Assembly (NCBI RefSeq): GCF_001949145.1
Contig: NW_019091361.1
Location: forward strand, 1,329,588 to 1,393,587
Source: Acanthaster planci
Lineage: Eukaryota
DNA length: 64,000 nucleotides
Direction of reading: 5' to 3'
Part shown: positions 51,804 through 64,000 of the stretch, piece by piece
How positions within the stretch are numbered: position 1 is the first letter of the stretch
Layout of the letters: every line of letters starts with the position of its first letter
Notes under the pieces: model-generated
Database searches by the model: none
Seen by the model: only the letters and a program-made list of their open reading frames with translations
Told to the model about the DNA's origin: nothing
Made by a program: the position numbers and the translations under genes

Positions 51804-54800
51804 AATGACTCTCTTGATGTGATGAATAGTATAAAAACGGTGAGACAGCATACATGTACTCACTGGCAAGATTTTTGTTTAATACCTTTTGAGTAAAATG
51901 TGTGACAATTTTGACATTCACTACTTCTTTTTTTTTAATTCAGCTCAAAATCACAGTTGAGACCTTCTTGACTGGAGTCAGTCAAATCCAAGTTGATCTT
52001 TCTTGATTTGCTCACTAAATCAAACCAGTCAGAGCAATAAGCACATGTGCGGACAACCTACGTGTATGCTTTCATGTTTGTAGCCTATGTACATGTATGC
52101 GTGTACCACTGGTATCGTACAAATTGGTTTACCCAGTGACAATTGCAACCCAAAAGATTTCCATGTGAAACAGCATCAACCAAAGTAGTTGAAATGCATA
52201 AAGGGTTTCGGTATACAAAACCAGGAATGCCTGAAATGAAGAAAAACACATATCTTTTTCGAAAACGATGCCATTTAAACGAGTATCATTTTCAGGCAGA
52301 TGTACACATTATTGTATCATCCTGCCAAACCATGTACCGTATCACAATGTGACTGCCTACATGTACGGCACCTGTACATGTACAGTATGAACAAATGACA
52401 AGCTGATTGTAGGCAAGAAGATGCAGGTGGAATTATGCACGCTTCACTGCAAACTAAGGGTATATATGTGTTTCCTGTTCTGTAGTATCTCTGAATGAAT
52501 TAATTTGAAGGTCGCCACCAGACATGGTATAAAAATATACCGCAGGTGCCTTGATAATCAAGAACAACATCATGTACACTGATAAATGAAGCAAACACCT
52601 CTGGAATATTTGGCAATGTTTATAAATTATGCACAAATGTATCAGCGAAATGAGAATTTCAAAACACCTTGCGAAACAGCATCAACACATATGCAGGGTT
52701 GGGACAGAGGATCTCTTCCTCCCTACTCGGAGACTTTTTTTTTCATGAATAAAGCATTCTAAAAGAGGAAAAATTACAGAAGAGGCCAGGAATCACTATG
52801 GGAATGTACATTTTCAAAATGGTAGAGTTTCCAGAGGAGAGAGAAGGTTAAAATGCAGTACGACTGCATTTCATGTACAAGCAAAGTAACAAGTACATGT
52901 ACAACAAACAGTGTGCACACCCTGATGTTAGAGAATCCCCCCCCCCTTGAGTTTCCACAGTTGGTGGGATTCAGGAATTCATTAATGTTCCAACCCCCAA
53001 GCAGACTTGAATCTACACCCTGAAATACTGGACTCATGTGCATTCAAGTCTTGCACTTATGTCTTTACAAGTGCAAGCCACATGCAAGTGACTGTGACTA
53101 ATATTGCAAATAACATTTTCCCCTCCGACCATTTTTTTCCCCCCCCAAATTTCCACTTTTAAGATCTCTGTCTACGTCTTCAGGGAATTTTGAACTTCCT
53201 GAGTGGGAAACGAAATGGGCATTCTAAATTCAGGATAGGCTCAAGCTACATGTAAGAGTATTTTTGCTTGGAATATTAAAGGCTTATAAATATTTTCAAG
53301 CCAGTACTAAACCTGACCTGGAGATGAAGCCAAGATTCTGGAAATAAAGCCAAGGTGTATGCTGACTAGCACACAAGCAAGTAATATGATGTTCCCTATG
53401 AATACATGTACATCTCCACCGAGCTACAGCAGCACTCTGCACAGTGCTCACGTACGGGATCCGCGCGAGGACTGAGCGAGCCTGAGATGAGGTTAGTGTA
53501 TCTAGGGCGGTTGCCATGGCGGCAGCTGATGAGGTTTCTGAATTCTGTCAATCTGGGGAATCTCTCGGGGAGGACAGACAAGCCTGCGCGCCAATACCAG
53601 GCTGTCTCATCATTTTGACCATGGCATCCTGCTCCTTCTCGCATCTCCTATTTCAGCATTTTTCTGCAAATTATGAGCTCATAATCTCACATTGTTATGT
53701 ACATATGCAGATTAATTGCAGATACTTCTCCTGTCCCCTAGCTCAAATGCACTATTGCACAGTAAATTTGCTTGTGTGATAAGATGGGTGGACCTCACCA
53801 TGTTATAGGGAACAATTTTTTTTTTCTTTTAGGAAAGTCGACAGGACTGAGTTGTGGAGACCATTGACAAGTTTATATCAGTTTTGTCCCCATAATCCGG
53901 TAGCAAGTATCAGTGCTATATACATACATGTGAATGTACGCTGAGTGCTATTGACGAATCTCCTGACCATGTTCAAAGGGGTTCAACTGGTCATCTCAAG
54001 AGTTACCCCACTGAATTTTTTAAATCTAATGGCAGATCATGGGGCATGCCAGATCAATTATAAATGTAGGCAAATCACCCATTTCAGATTATTATATGGA
54101 CATGGAGCATGTTTTGCAGAAATGCATTCTGTGTATACAATACATTGTATTCTTGTTACGGATTACACATTTACACAAGAAACACTGCAACTCCAACAGT
54201 AACTTGAATTAAGGAAAAGGGGAACTGTCGGTATACTGTACATAAAAACACTCCAATTCTCAAATAACACCGGTATCGAAGTACACATTTATGTTACTAT
54301 TGACACAGGCTTTTGTTTGTTTTGTCAAGAAAGAGAATTTTTCAATGTCAACAAGGAAATAACCTTACCCAAGTGGTAATCCTGAGTTTCTTTTGTACAG
54401 TACATACCCGGTACTGTACACGCAGTACAGGCACAGTACCATGCATTACATGTACATGTGCATGTAACCAGACACGACAGCTCGCAGTGCCTGCAATTTG
54501 AGCAAAGTACATATTTTTTCTTTGCTTTCACTTGTTCTTGATTTTGTTTTCCTGTTTCTTGTTTTGCTTTTTTCCCAGGAAGGGTTAATTTGGCTACCGG
54601 TTTGTGACCTGAAATTTGCCCACAATGTTTCTAATTTTGCAACGCTGGCAAATGAGCCACGTGATTGAAGCACAATCACATGGCCAGAGCTAGGGCTAGG
54701 GCAAGTACCAAAATTCCTCTTTCCATTGTGGCAAAGGTTTGAATTACCAGATGTAAAACAGTACTGCTGTGACACTATATATATACTGTACCTGGTACTT

Positions 54801-55770
54801 TACTTTAGCACACTTAATTAAATAGCAAGAGCCAAAGTAGTATCACCACAAAATCTTATTAGAAAAAAATCCTTGTCCATACATGTACTTTCAACTGACC
54901 CTTGTATTTACATTTACTTTGGTGTGAAATCCCATTAGCCTTTTACACCCTTCAAATGCAAATTTCAAATTTGCACTGCATGTGTGTGCAATTCTAAAAT
55001 TCCATATCAGAAATATGAAGTACAAGAAGGTCATATCATATAGACCGTCTCTTGGTCTTTTCACACCATTCACTGAAGACATTGAATTGCAGGGCAGATG
55101 GGGGGGTGCGATACGAAAGTATCCACTAAACATGTGGTACTGCAGAACATCTCACATACATCACAGGTATACATCAATCACCAGCGGCCAAAGTGGCAGT
55201 AGTAGCACACGAAAAGTTCTGCCCAAACTGCCGTAACACATCACCCTAAATTTATCATTTCCTTCCAACTTTTTTCAATTTAAACCTTTCAAAAGTTCTC
55301 AGGACACGATGAAATACATGAGGTAAGTACAGTAAAGTGCACATGTGCACGTATGACTATGTAAAGGGCTCTGTCATCTTTGTCTTTTAAAAGCCAATTT
55401 TTCAAAGGTGGAAAAATGAACGTGTCTGGTTTGGTATTAGAATTATTACTGATGTGCAATGATAATCAAACAACTGCTCAGGGAACTTGCATTAATGCAT
55501 ACAATTAAGATACATTTTTTTCCAGACAACGTACTACCCAAGATCTTCATCGAAACCAAGCTCTGGTCTGAGAGACATGTGGTGATATCAGTATGTCCAT
55601 AGCGGTAGACATACATGTATGAATACCTGATTAATGGGCTAGTTACATGTGTACCGGTACATATACATACTATGATACACACATGTACTTTACTTTGAAG
55701 TTGACAGATATTGTATGGAAGACTGATGTCCATACTGTATAGACCCACATATATGCTACTCGTACATGCA

Positions 55771-55966
55771 TCATTGGCGGCGGCAGCAGGGCGGGGGGCC
55801 TGCTTCTTTTTCCAGCTGGGGGGGTACATGTACATGTATCATGGCTCCAGCCCTTCACTTTTTGTAGGATCTGTAAGTGGGGTGGGGCTTCACTGGCTCA
55901 GCCTATTAACGGCCGAAGCCTGATAACAACTGGCCCCCCACTTTGAAAATCATTCCACCGCCGGTG
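55771..55966 (+). repeat. Short GC-rich TIR repeat related to 5007-5197
   Basis: Same 3' half as 5007-5197; ends cattggcgg / ccgccggtg. Confidence 0.6.
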
Positions 55967-56081
55967 ACACGCATACGTACGGATGTACACGTATATATAC
56001 CAGTACATGTACTATATGTACACAATATGTACATGTACTGTACATGTATGATACGTGCCTGTGATTACACGTACGTGTACA

Positions 56082-56320
56082 TGGGTAATTCCAGAAATTA
56101 GGGGTCCAATAGTGTGACATTTCCTCCCTGTTTACATCCTACCTTTGTTATTTGACATTTGATTTCAAACTATTACTATGTTTTTGGGCAGGTAATTTGC
56201 ATTAATTCATCACTCTTGGAAATTAGAAAATGTGTTCTGAACTTACAAAATCATACATGTATGTCAGATGTCACAGGGACACAAAAAAAATCCTGAACCC
56301 CTAATTTCTGGAATTACTCA
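56082..56320 (+). mobile_element. MITE family Y, copy C
   Basis: TIRs TGGGTAATTCCAGAAATTAGGGGT / ACCCCTAATTTCTGGAATTACTCA. Confidence 0.85.
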
Positions 56321-59300
56321 CATATCACTGTAATGTACTGTACCTGTACCATGCAATTATGGTAATTAAAGTGACAACCCAAATACATACAGTGTACATG
56401 TCATGTGCAGTGTATGTACAGTGTACGCTCAGAACCCTTTACGGGGAGAGCACTTATGTACCTGTTTTTTCCTAACATGTACCCGTTTATTCAAATCAGC
56501 ATATACCAGTGAATTAGCCACCGTTATGTGTACTCAAAAAATAGATACATTTTACTCATACATGTATGAGGCCTACATGTACATATGTAACTATGCACCT
56601 GTACATGTATGTGGCCAAAATGGATGTACATTTATGTATGTAACATGCATGTATGTAACATGCACCTGTACACGTATGGGCCCTACATGTATGTAACATG
56701 CACCTGTAGCCTAATGCTACACAGAACATGTAATGTTCTTTGTCTCAAATTCATGCAGCATTATACCGTAGCTAAGTAAGCACATGATGTACATGTACAG
56801 TACATGTACCCACCAGTCCTAGTAAATATATGTACGTACATGTACTTTGATTACATATTTTTATGTTCAATACGGCATTGATTTGGCTAAGGGAACTGAT
56901 TTAATTTTCTATACGTTCCCGTAGTTACGACATGGCCAGCAATGTGCCACTTGATTTAATTCAATTAATGCACAGGGTAGGTTATCAAATTCCAACTGCC
57001 ACATGCGGTACATATACCTACATGTACCGGTATGTACTAAAGTAACAAGTGATGCAGTGCCTTAATTGGATATTTGATAATTATGAATTCACATGAGGGA
57101 GAACTTTATTTTACACATCAGATGAGTTACATGTAAATCGATCCACTTAATTTTTCCAAGGATGACGATACGCATATTTAAATACACAATTTTGTGAGGA
57201 AATGATCGAGACATTGATCTTTTCTTAACAAGACATATTTTTTTGGACACTAGATAGGCCCTATGGATGCAAATTATAATATCATGCGCACCCAAGGAGT
57301 CTTCCCCACCAGCTTCATCCCCATTCCATCTGTTCAAATATTGATTTTAATAAGCTGTACATATTTGTTACATTGTACACACTCCCAGATCATTAGATCT
57401 TTATCTCTGCCAGCTAGACCCTGGCTGTGACCAGTGCATATAGAGTCCCATTTGATCTGGTATGGTGTATATGGTATTGTACATGTACATGTACACTGTA
57501 TGAGGCAAGAATACACCATACATGTACCGGTACACATAAGGTATGAGCAATGCACTGTACTTTTTCCGATTGTTTCTTCTGTACTAAAAAAAAATAAAAC
57601 ATTGTCCAGGGATCAATATTACTTTTATATTCTTTCATCATCTCCTGCAGGATTCCCCAGGTACGGTTTGTGTCATGGTGACCCTTTGCACTGACCACTT
57701 CCAGAGTCATGTTTTGGATGTGGCAAAAATCTCCAGCAAACAAACATGTACCCTGGCGCCCAAGCCTGATTTTATACCATGGAAGGGATTGTGCTGAAGG
57801 ACTGCCAAGTGAACATGTCACATGCCTCTGTTGATATGATCTCTATCATGACAAGATATGCCAATGTACCAGTACATATTGCGTAAACATGCATTTACCT
57901 TGGGGCCCTACATTCTCTCTTGACAGTCAAACTGGAAAAGTTATTAATTGAGAAGTTTGAAATGAGAAAAAATCCCTGCCAGATATTTCAACCTACTGTA
58001 TCTCATCCACTTTTTTCTTCTTATGTAGTATACCACATGAAGGCCAACGAGAGCCATGCCCTCCTCTCCCTTCCCCTTCCCCTCCCCCACTGGGTGACTT
58101 TTTTTTTTAAATATGACACACAGGCAATTCCTTGCGTCCGATTCATTTCCCTTCTTCCCAAAAGGCAGCTTCACCCAAAAAAAAAGACCATGAAGTTTCA
58201 AATTGTCAGCCACCCTTTAAAAAAATCAAAAGAAAGAACAATTTTGGCCCCCCCTCCCCTAGGGTAGCTCTCCCAACTGGATCTACCCTTGTGTATATTG
58301 TGGCAGGTACCGGTATACCCATATGTACATGTACATGTATACGTACATGTATATGCACAGTGCGGCTACACAATTGTGCCGGTAGGCTCATCATATCGGA
58401 TTGGTATTAATCTCATATCATGATCTTGGCAACAAGCTATAGCACTCGCCAAGTCATCTTGATTGTGAGGGACATGTAAGGAAAAATGTGTTTGCAGGAA
58501 AACTAAGTACCGTATGTACTATAGCTGATCTGTGCTCACTGGGTACATCTATAAATTTCATCATGAAATCTTTCAACAGAACTTTCCCGTTTCGTACTAC
58601 CGGTACATGACTCTACAGAAACATGTATGTACACGTACATGTATGTACATGTTTGTACATATGTAAAAACACTTTCAGTAATGAAGCTCAGGACACATAG
58701 GCAATACAAGTGTTGTAACATATCCATATATGAGTCACGTCGGCTTAGAGGTTCCTACCTTGTCGTTCGCCTCAGCAGCCCCGGTTGCATTTCAGCTTTG
58801 GTCAACGTATGGAGTGCGTTTTCAGTCCCTACCTGATTCTGTGGGTTTTACCCAGAATCTTCTTGAAGGTTTTCCTCCCACCTCTTCTTGTCAGTGCCTC
58901 TGATTCCCACATGTACAGATTTTTTCAGGCTTGAGAGCAACACCTAGAGCACTTTTGAGGAATCCTTGTGTGTTGGTTTTACTTTTCCTTACCAGAATTA
59001 ATCTTAGTAACATAAGAAGAAACTGGGAAGCCCCTTACTTAACAGGAACATCATTCCTTCCTACTTGAAGTGTATAAAAATAGCTTTACCTACGTAGTAA
59101 TGTGAGAAAATATCCCCCTATTTTGGAAAAAGTTCTTACCCAATAGTCTAAGATGTCAGTGATTGAATGATAGTCAAAAGTTGACATGAACTCCAATGCC
59201 AATTCACTCTGAATAGGCACAATGCATTTGGGCAAAACTTATAAATATGCCGAAGAGAATAATGAAGCATTTCTGTATATAACAGATGCTTGTTGGTCTA

Positions 59301-59428
59301 TCAACACAACCCACCCTTTATCATTGAACAATTAAAACATACAACTCCAGGACTGCCAAATGTGGGCAATGATGCATGCTGCAGCTGATGTAGAACAAGG
59401 GAAAAGCTCTCCATTCAATTGAACAGCC

Positions 59429-59452
59429 CTCTCTCTCTCTCTCTCTCTCTCT
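59429..59452. repeat. (CT)12 microsatellite
   Basis: Direct reading. Confidence 0.95.
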
Positions 59453-60806
59453 TTTAGGTCCAAAGTACAGGTCTTGTCTGGCGAAAGAACAAAGCAGGCC
59501 AGCGCTGCCAGGTGCACCTGTACGTGTATGTTCAAACCATTCACTAATGGCCAGCACACTCGGCCCAGGGTCCTGTGTTCATTCTGAAAGGTCTTTTGAT
59601 TGTCCTGGGTATTAATGTCTCAGGAAAATGGGAGAAATGACTTCCGTCATTGCTCAATGCAATGGTACAACAGTGTCCTTTTATCCTTCCGTGGCTGGTC
59701 ATTTAAGACCACAAATTGCTCATAAAAAGGGCAAATCCTGTCCACTTTATGGATGTAGTAAGATTATGTACATATAAAAGTACATCAAGTACATACTGCT
59801 GAAATAAATACACATGGTGGAGGCGGAGAAAAGAGGTAAAAATCAAAGTTAACTATTGCTTTGTGGGAATGAAATCATAGTCAAAATGAAAATGGCTACA
59901 GTGTTAATCAGAATGCCAAAACTGACCGAATTCAAAGAAAATGTCAATGTATGCAAAGTTGTACTGTGATGCACGGTAGAGTGTCCATGTCAAACTGTTA
60001 AGTGTATAAATAACACCAACATGAGAATAAGAACAGCATTTGGTATTTTAAGGTAGGATGATGAAAAAAAACCTATGAAAGTTTCCATTTGCTGGATTTT
60101 TAAACACAATCTTTTTCAACAAAACTGTTAAATACCTTTATTCACCTGCGTGAAATCCAGATTATTTGTTGAGAGCTAGCAATGAAGGAGCCCCAAATTC
60201 GGAACAAAAAACCCGGATTCAAACCAGAGTTCATCTTGTACCTCATGGCAAGATGGACACTGGGGCTAAGTTAATTGGGTCCAATGGGTTTTGTTTCAAT
60301 TAATAAATTGACTGTATTTTCAAGACATTTTTTTATATGTGAAATGATTACTAATGTGCGAAAAATTCTGAAGTCCTATAGTAAACATGCGGCGGGAAGA
60401 TAGGAAACCTCTCAATCCATTATTTTCAAACAGTTACATGTACATGTATAGATCAGCAGGCTTACATTCATGCATAAATGCCCTTCTAGGCTGCCAACAA
60501 GTTGCAAGTCTAGTTTATCAAAAGTCCAGTCACAAGCCACTGATGTCAGCTGTCACATTACCAGCCCCTCACAAGCACTGGGGGATGAACGATGACCGAA
60601 GAATGCATTTGTCACAGTTCATTTGAATAGCTCGTGACTTGACTTAAGATCGGATATGACTTGTGATTCACCTTCAAGAACCTCTGAATGTCTTCGGTGC
60701 TGATTCAAATTCACGGTCATACGCACTGTGCTGTTGAGTAGCACATACATGTAATTATGCACTGAATATAGGGCCAGCTGGTGTCTCTGACCAAAAACAG
60801 GTCATG

Positions 60807-61470
60807 TATGGAGGATGAAAAGTGGCCATCTGCTTTTCTGCTATCAGAATAGTAGAAAAGCAGATTTTACGTCTTTGAAATATGCAATTTTTTATTTGTA
60901 CTACTTTTCTGCTACCTCAAAACCAAAATGACCATTTTTTTGTAATGCATTTTTCCACTTTTCTGCTTTTCTGCTAGTACAAAAGTAGTTTTACTTTTCC
61001 TCTTTTTGATGGTGGCCGAAAAGTGGCCATCTGCTTTTTACCTGTCAAACAAGCAGGAAAGTGGATTGAACGTTTTGACGACAACCGTGAATTCAACTTT
61101 TCTACTTTCTACTTTTACACTTTTCCACTTTTCGGCCGCCTATGTAAAATTGCTCCTCCGGTATCAAAAAGATAAAAAGTAGCATTCACGGTTATTGTCA
61201 AAATGTTTGATCCTCATTTCTGCCCGTTCGAAAGGAGAAATGCAGATGGCCACTTTTTGGCCGCCAGCGAATGAAGAAAAAGTAAAATCTGCTTTTCTTG
61301 AATCAGAAAAGCAGAAAAATAGAAAAATGAATAACCAACCAATGTTCGTTCTGCTCTTTGAGGTGGCAGAAAAGTAGAAAAGTCAAAATTGCATCTTACC
61401 AGGACATAAAATCTGCTTTTTTAACCATTGTGATAGCAGATAAGCAGATGGCCATGTTTCGTCCTCCATA
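60807..61470. mobile_element. Unclassified long-TIR non-autonomous element with 6-bp TSD
   Basis: Imperfect TIRs of about 65 bp (TATGGAGGATGAAAAGTGGCCATCTGC.. / ..GCAGATGGCCATGTTTCGTCCTCCATA); GTCATG on both flanks. Confidence 0.8.
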
Positions 61471-64000
61471 GTCATGTGACACTTTCTTTGTATTATTATT
61501 CATGAGTATGATTTCCATCTTATCAATGGCAACATACCGGTACTTGATTCAACGATCCCCCATGCCATTGTACCAGTCCAACATTTACAATGTACGTGTA
61601 CCTCAAGAAATTTCATGTTGCACACCCAAACTTATGACTAATGTACATGTACACATGTGCGTACATGTACATACATGTACATGTAATAAATGGCACTTAA
61701 TTACCTGAGGAAACAAGGCGCTTACAAGTAAGGAGAGAAAACAAGAGAAAGACAATTAACAATGAGCTGTAGAAGAGATGTTTCTCCAGAACAGACTTGA
61801 ATGACGATATACATGTACAGTAAATGTACTGAGGTCCTACGATGTACGTGTACATGTTGTAATGCGTTGGGGTAAATTGTTTCACCGACGGAGGGGCAGC
61901 AACAGAAAAAGCCCTGTCCCTAGTCTTCTTTCGAGTCTTAGGGGACGAAGTCTGGGTACTCAGCAGAGAGAACAAGTGTGCATGGCTCGAAATCTCTTGC
62001 CATTCTACCCCATGCAATGCGGCAATCATTCAACATGTTGGTCATCTCACTCACTGGGATGTCCATAGTCTTGCCCCAAGACTGGTTTTACTGTTTTTGG
62101 CTGGTGCACTGTGCAGGCGAAATGGGCTGATAGGGTGTGCTTCAATCATATTGAAATTGGAGGATTTGGGACAGTTAGGATTAGAGGGTGCAATATTCTC
62201 AAGAGACAACCTGCCAGAAAACAAGTTTTGTGGAATCTGGCAGGCTTATGCAAAAAATTCTGAGCATATACCTAACAAGCTTAAATTATCATGAATAATT
62301 TTGCACATGCGCACTGCCGAAAACCGCAGTTGGCATTGTGCGCGGTCTTCCACAGAGCATACGTGCATTAGGCCAGTGCAGTATTCATGTACTTGTACTT
62401 GTGCATATATAAGACACTGGTATCCTAGTTACTGTGTCAGTCACCGATGTGAATTGTTAAGCCGGAAATACCGGTATTTACAACTTAGACTTTTCTTGTG
62501 GGGGGGGAGTACAAATGTTAACACTCAAGGGACTCTACCACTTTGTAAATCACTCCTATTCGGCATTAATTCTACATTTTGACCAATTTGGGTTAGTTCT
62601 CCATGGTGAGACACTATGGTATCCTACCTGCATTATTTTCCATTAGAATACTGGTGATGTGATATTTATGTACATGTACAGTACACTGTTCTTTTTTTCC
62701 ACTGTAAAGTTTGTGTACTGTATTTCAGCCTTAATTTGGCCTTTCTATGTATGTGCAGTAAACACCTAAATGAACAAGCAACAGAATTTGGTAAAAAGTC
62801 ACTTCTTGGTTTTATAGATTTGATTTCTTAATTGGCGTCACGTGTTAGCCAGTCATATCAGTCCAATACCTACATGTAAGTCATACTGGTACCCGTTACA
62901 TGGACTTGAACGGATCACCCTTTTAAATTCTTTATAAATTCCTCGGCCACAAATCCATTATTATTGTTCGGCTGCCATTCCGTGTATCACCGCGCATCTG
63001 ATGAATTATGGATGGTGCTTGCATAAGGCTGCAGGCACAATACAGACATCTTGATTCAAGACTAGGCGGCTGCGGCTACCGGCACTTATTTATTTAACTG
63101 CATGTAATTAAAATTGACCAGACTTAGGAGTATCCAATGAACTACGTACGGGCACCGGTGAGAGAATCATGTGTAAACACGGTCTTTCCACCAGGGCACA
63201 GAATGTTTAAATAAATTTATGCTTAAATACAGACAATTACATACATGTATCTCATGTGCAATCATCATGCATACATACCGGTACCTACCAGGGTAAATGT
63301 ATACCGGTATGTAGGTAACTGTGCTATACATGTACAGGCAGGTTTTAACGTCACATGAATGTTCCGGCCAACACGAGACGTACCGGTACCCCGGTACAGA
63401 CACTGAAATACTGACAGAGGAGCACAATTGGGTATGAAATCTACATGTACATGTACGTGTATCTTCATTAGGCACCTGCAATTTGTCTTTGGCTAAGAGG
63501 CCCCTCAACTAACAAGCATGATAAATGATAAGTGTGGCATTGCTGTGTGTACATGTACATGTGTGCGTGTTGAATGGCACCAAAGCTGAACTCTGTTGGC
63601 CTGTGGTTGAAACTGCAAAACTTAAAGCAAGCACTGCATGGTCTCTGCCCATGTCCCTTTGACATGTTTGACTGGTTTCCATTGGCGGATTAGTTTTTAT
63701 CCTGGAGGTCCTCGTTTTGTGCCATATGGGTAACTCCATGTTTTCTTTTATTACACTATCCTCACAAAGACTACTTATGTAAAATTTACAAAGGCATATA
63801 TTCTGAACCCGGATGTCCAACGGTGAAATCAAGAACAACGAAATCGGCAAATGTCTTTGAGAGCATACATGTACCTTCCGTTACCGGTGCACATGGGATA
63901 CACATGTACAATGTACCACACCCTTCGCAATACCATGGGCTTGACCAATGTAAAATGAAGTACACAATAAATTTTAGCAACTTTCTGCTGACAGTTACAT

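Noticed and set aside
49805..64000. Canonical RasGRF first coding exon (PH1 N-terminus)
   Set aside because: No matching peptide found in the ORF track or by eye; presumably upstream of the window.

Overview
Eukaryotic, AT-rich, intron-dominated animal DNA; the repeat content suggests a marine invertebrate (inference, species not determinable). The window lies almost entirely inside one minus-strand gene, a RasGRF1/2-type Ras-specific guanine nucleotide-releasing factor. I reconstructed 21 coding exons (49804 down to 1, 3086 nt, about 1028 aa) with GT-AG junctions and consistent phases: end of PH1, coiled coil, IQ, DH, PH2, REM, Ser/Pro-rich linker and start of CDC25. The canonical first coding exon and the 3' end fall outside the window. 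Introns hold a decayed RTE LINE, an L2 LINE 3' end, tRNA-like repeats, many short TIR elements, tandem repeats and a 52-N gap. The most striking signal is a pervasive set of motifs (TACATGTA, TACAGTA/TACTGTA, TACCGGTA). Internal comparisons show these as short insertions at TA dinucleotides, matching Tc1/mariner excision footprints: in one of three MITE copies, twice in the RTE ORF, and possibly at a splice donor. There is also a candidate alternative first exon with a perfect Kozak context.
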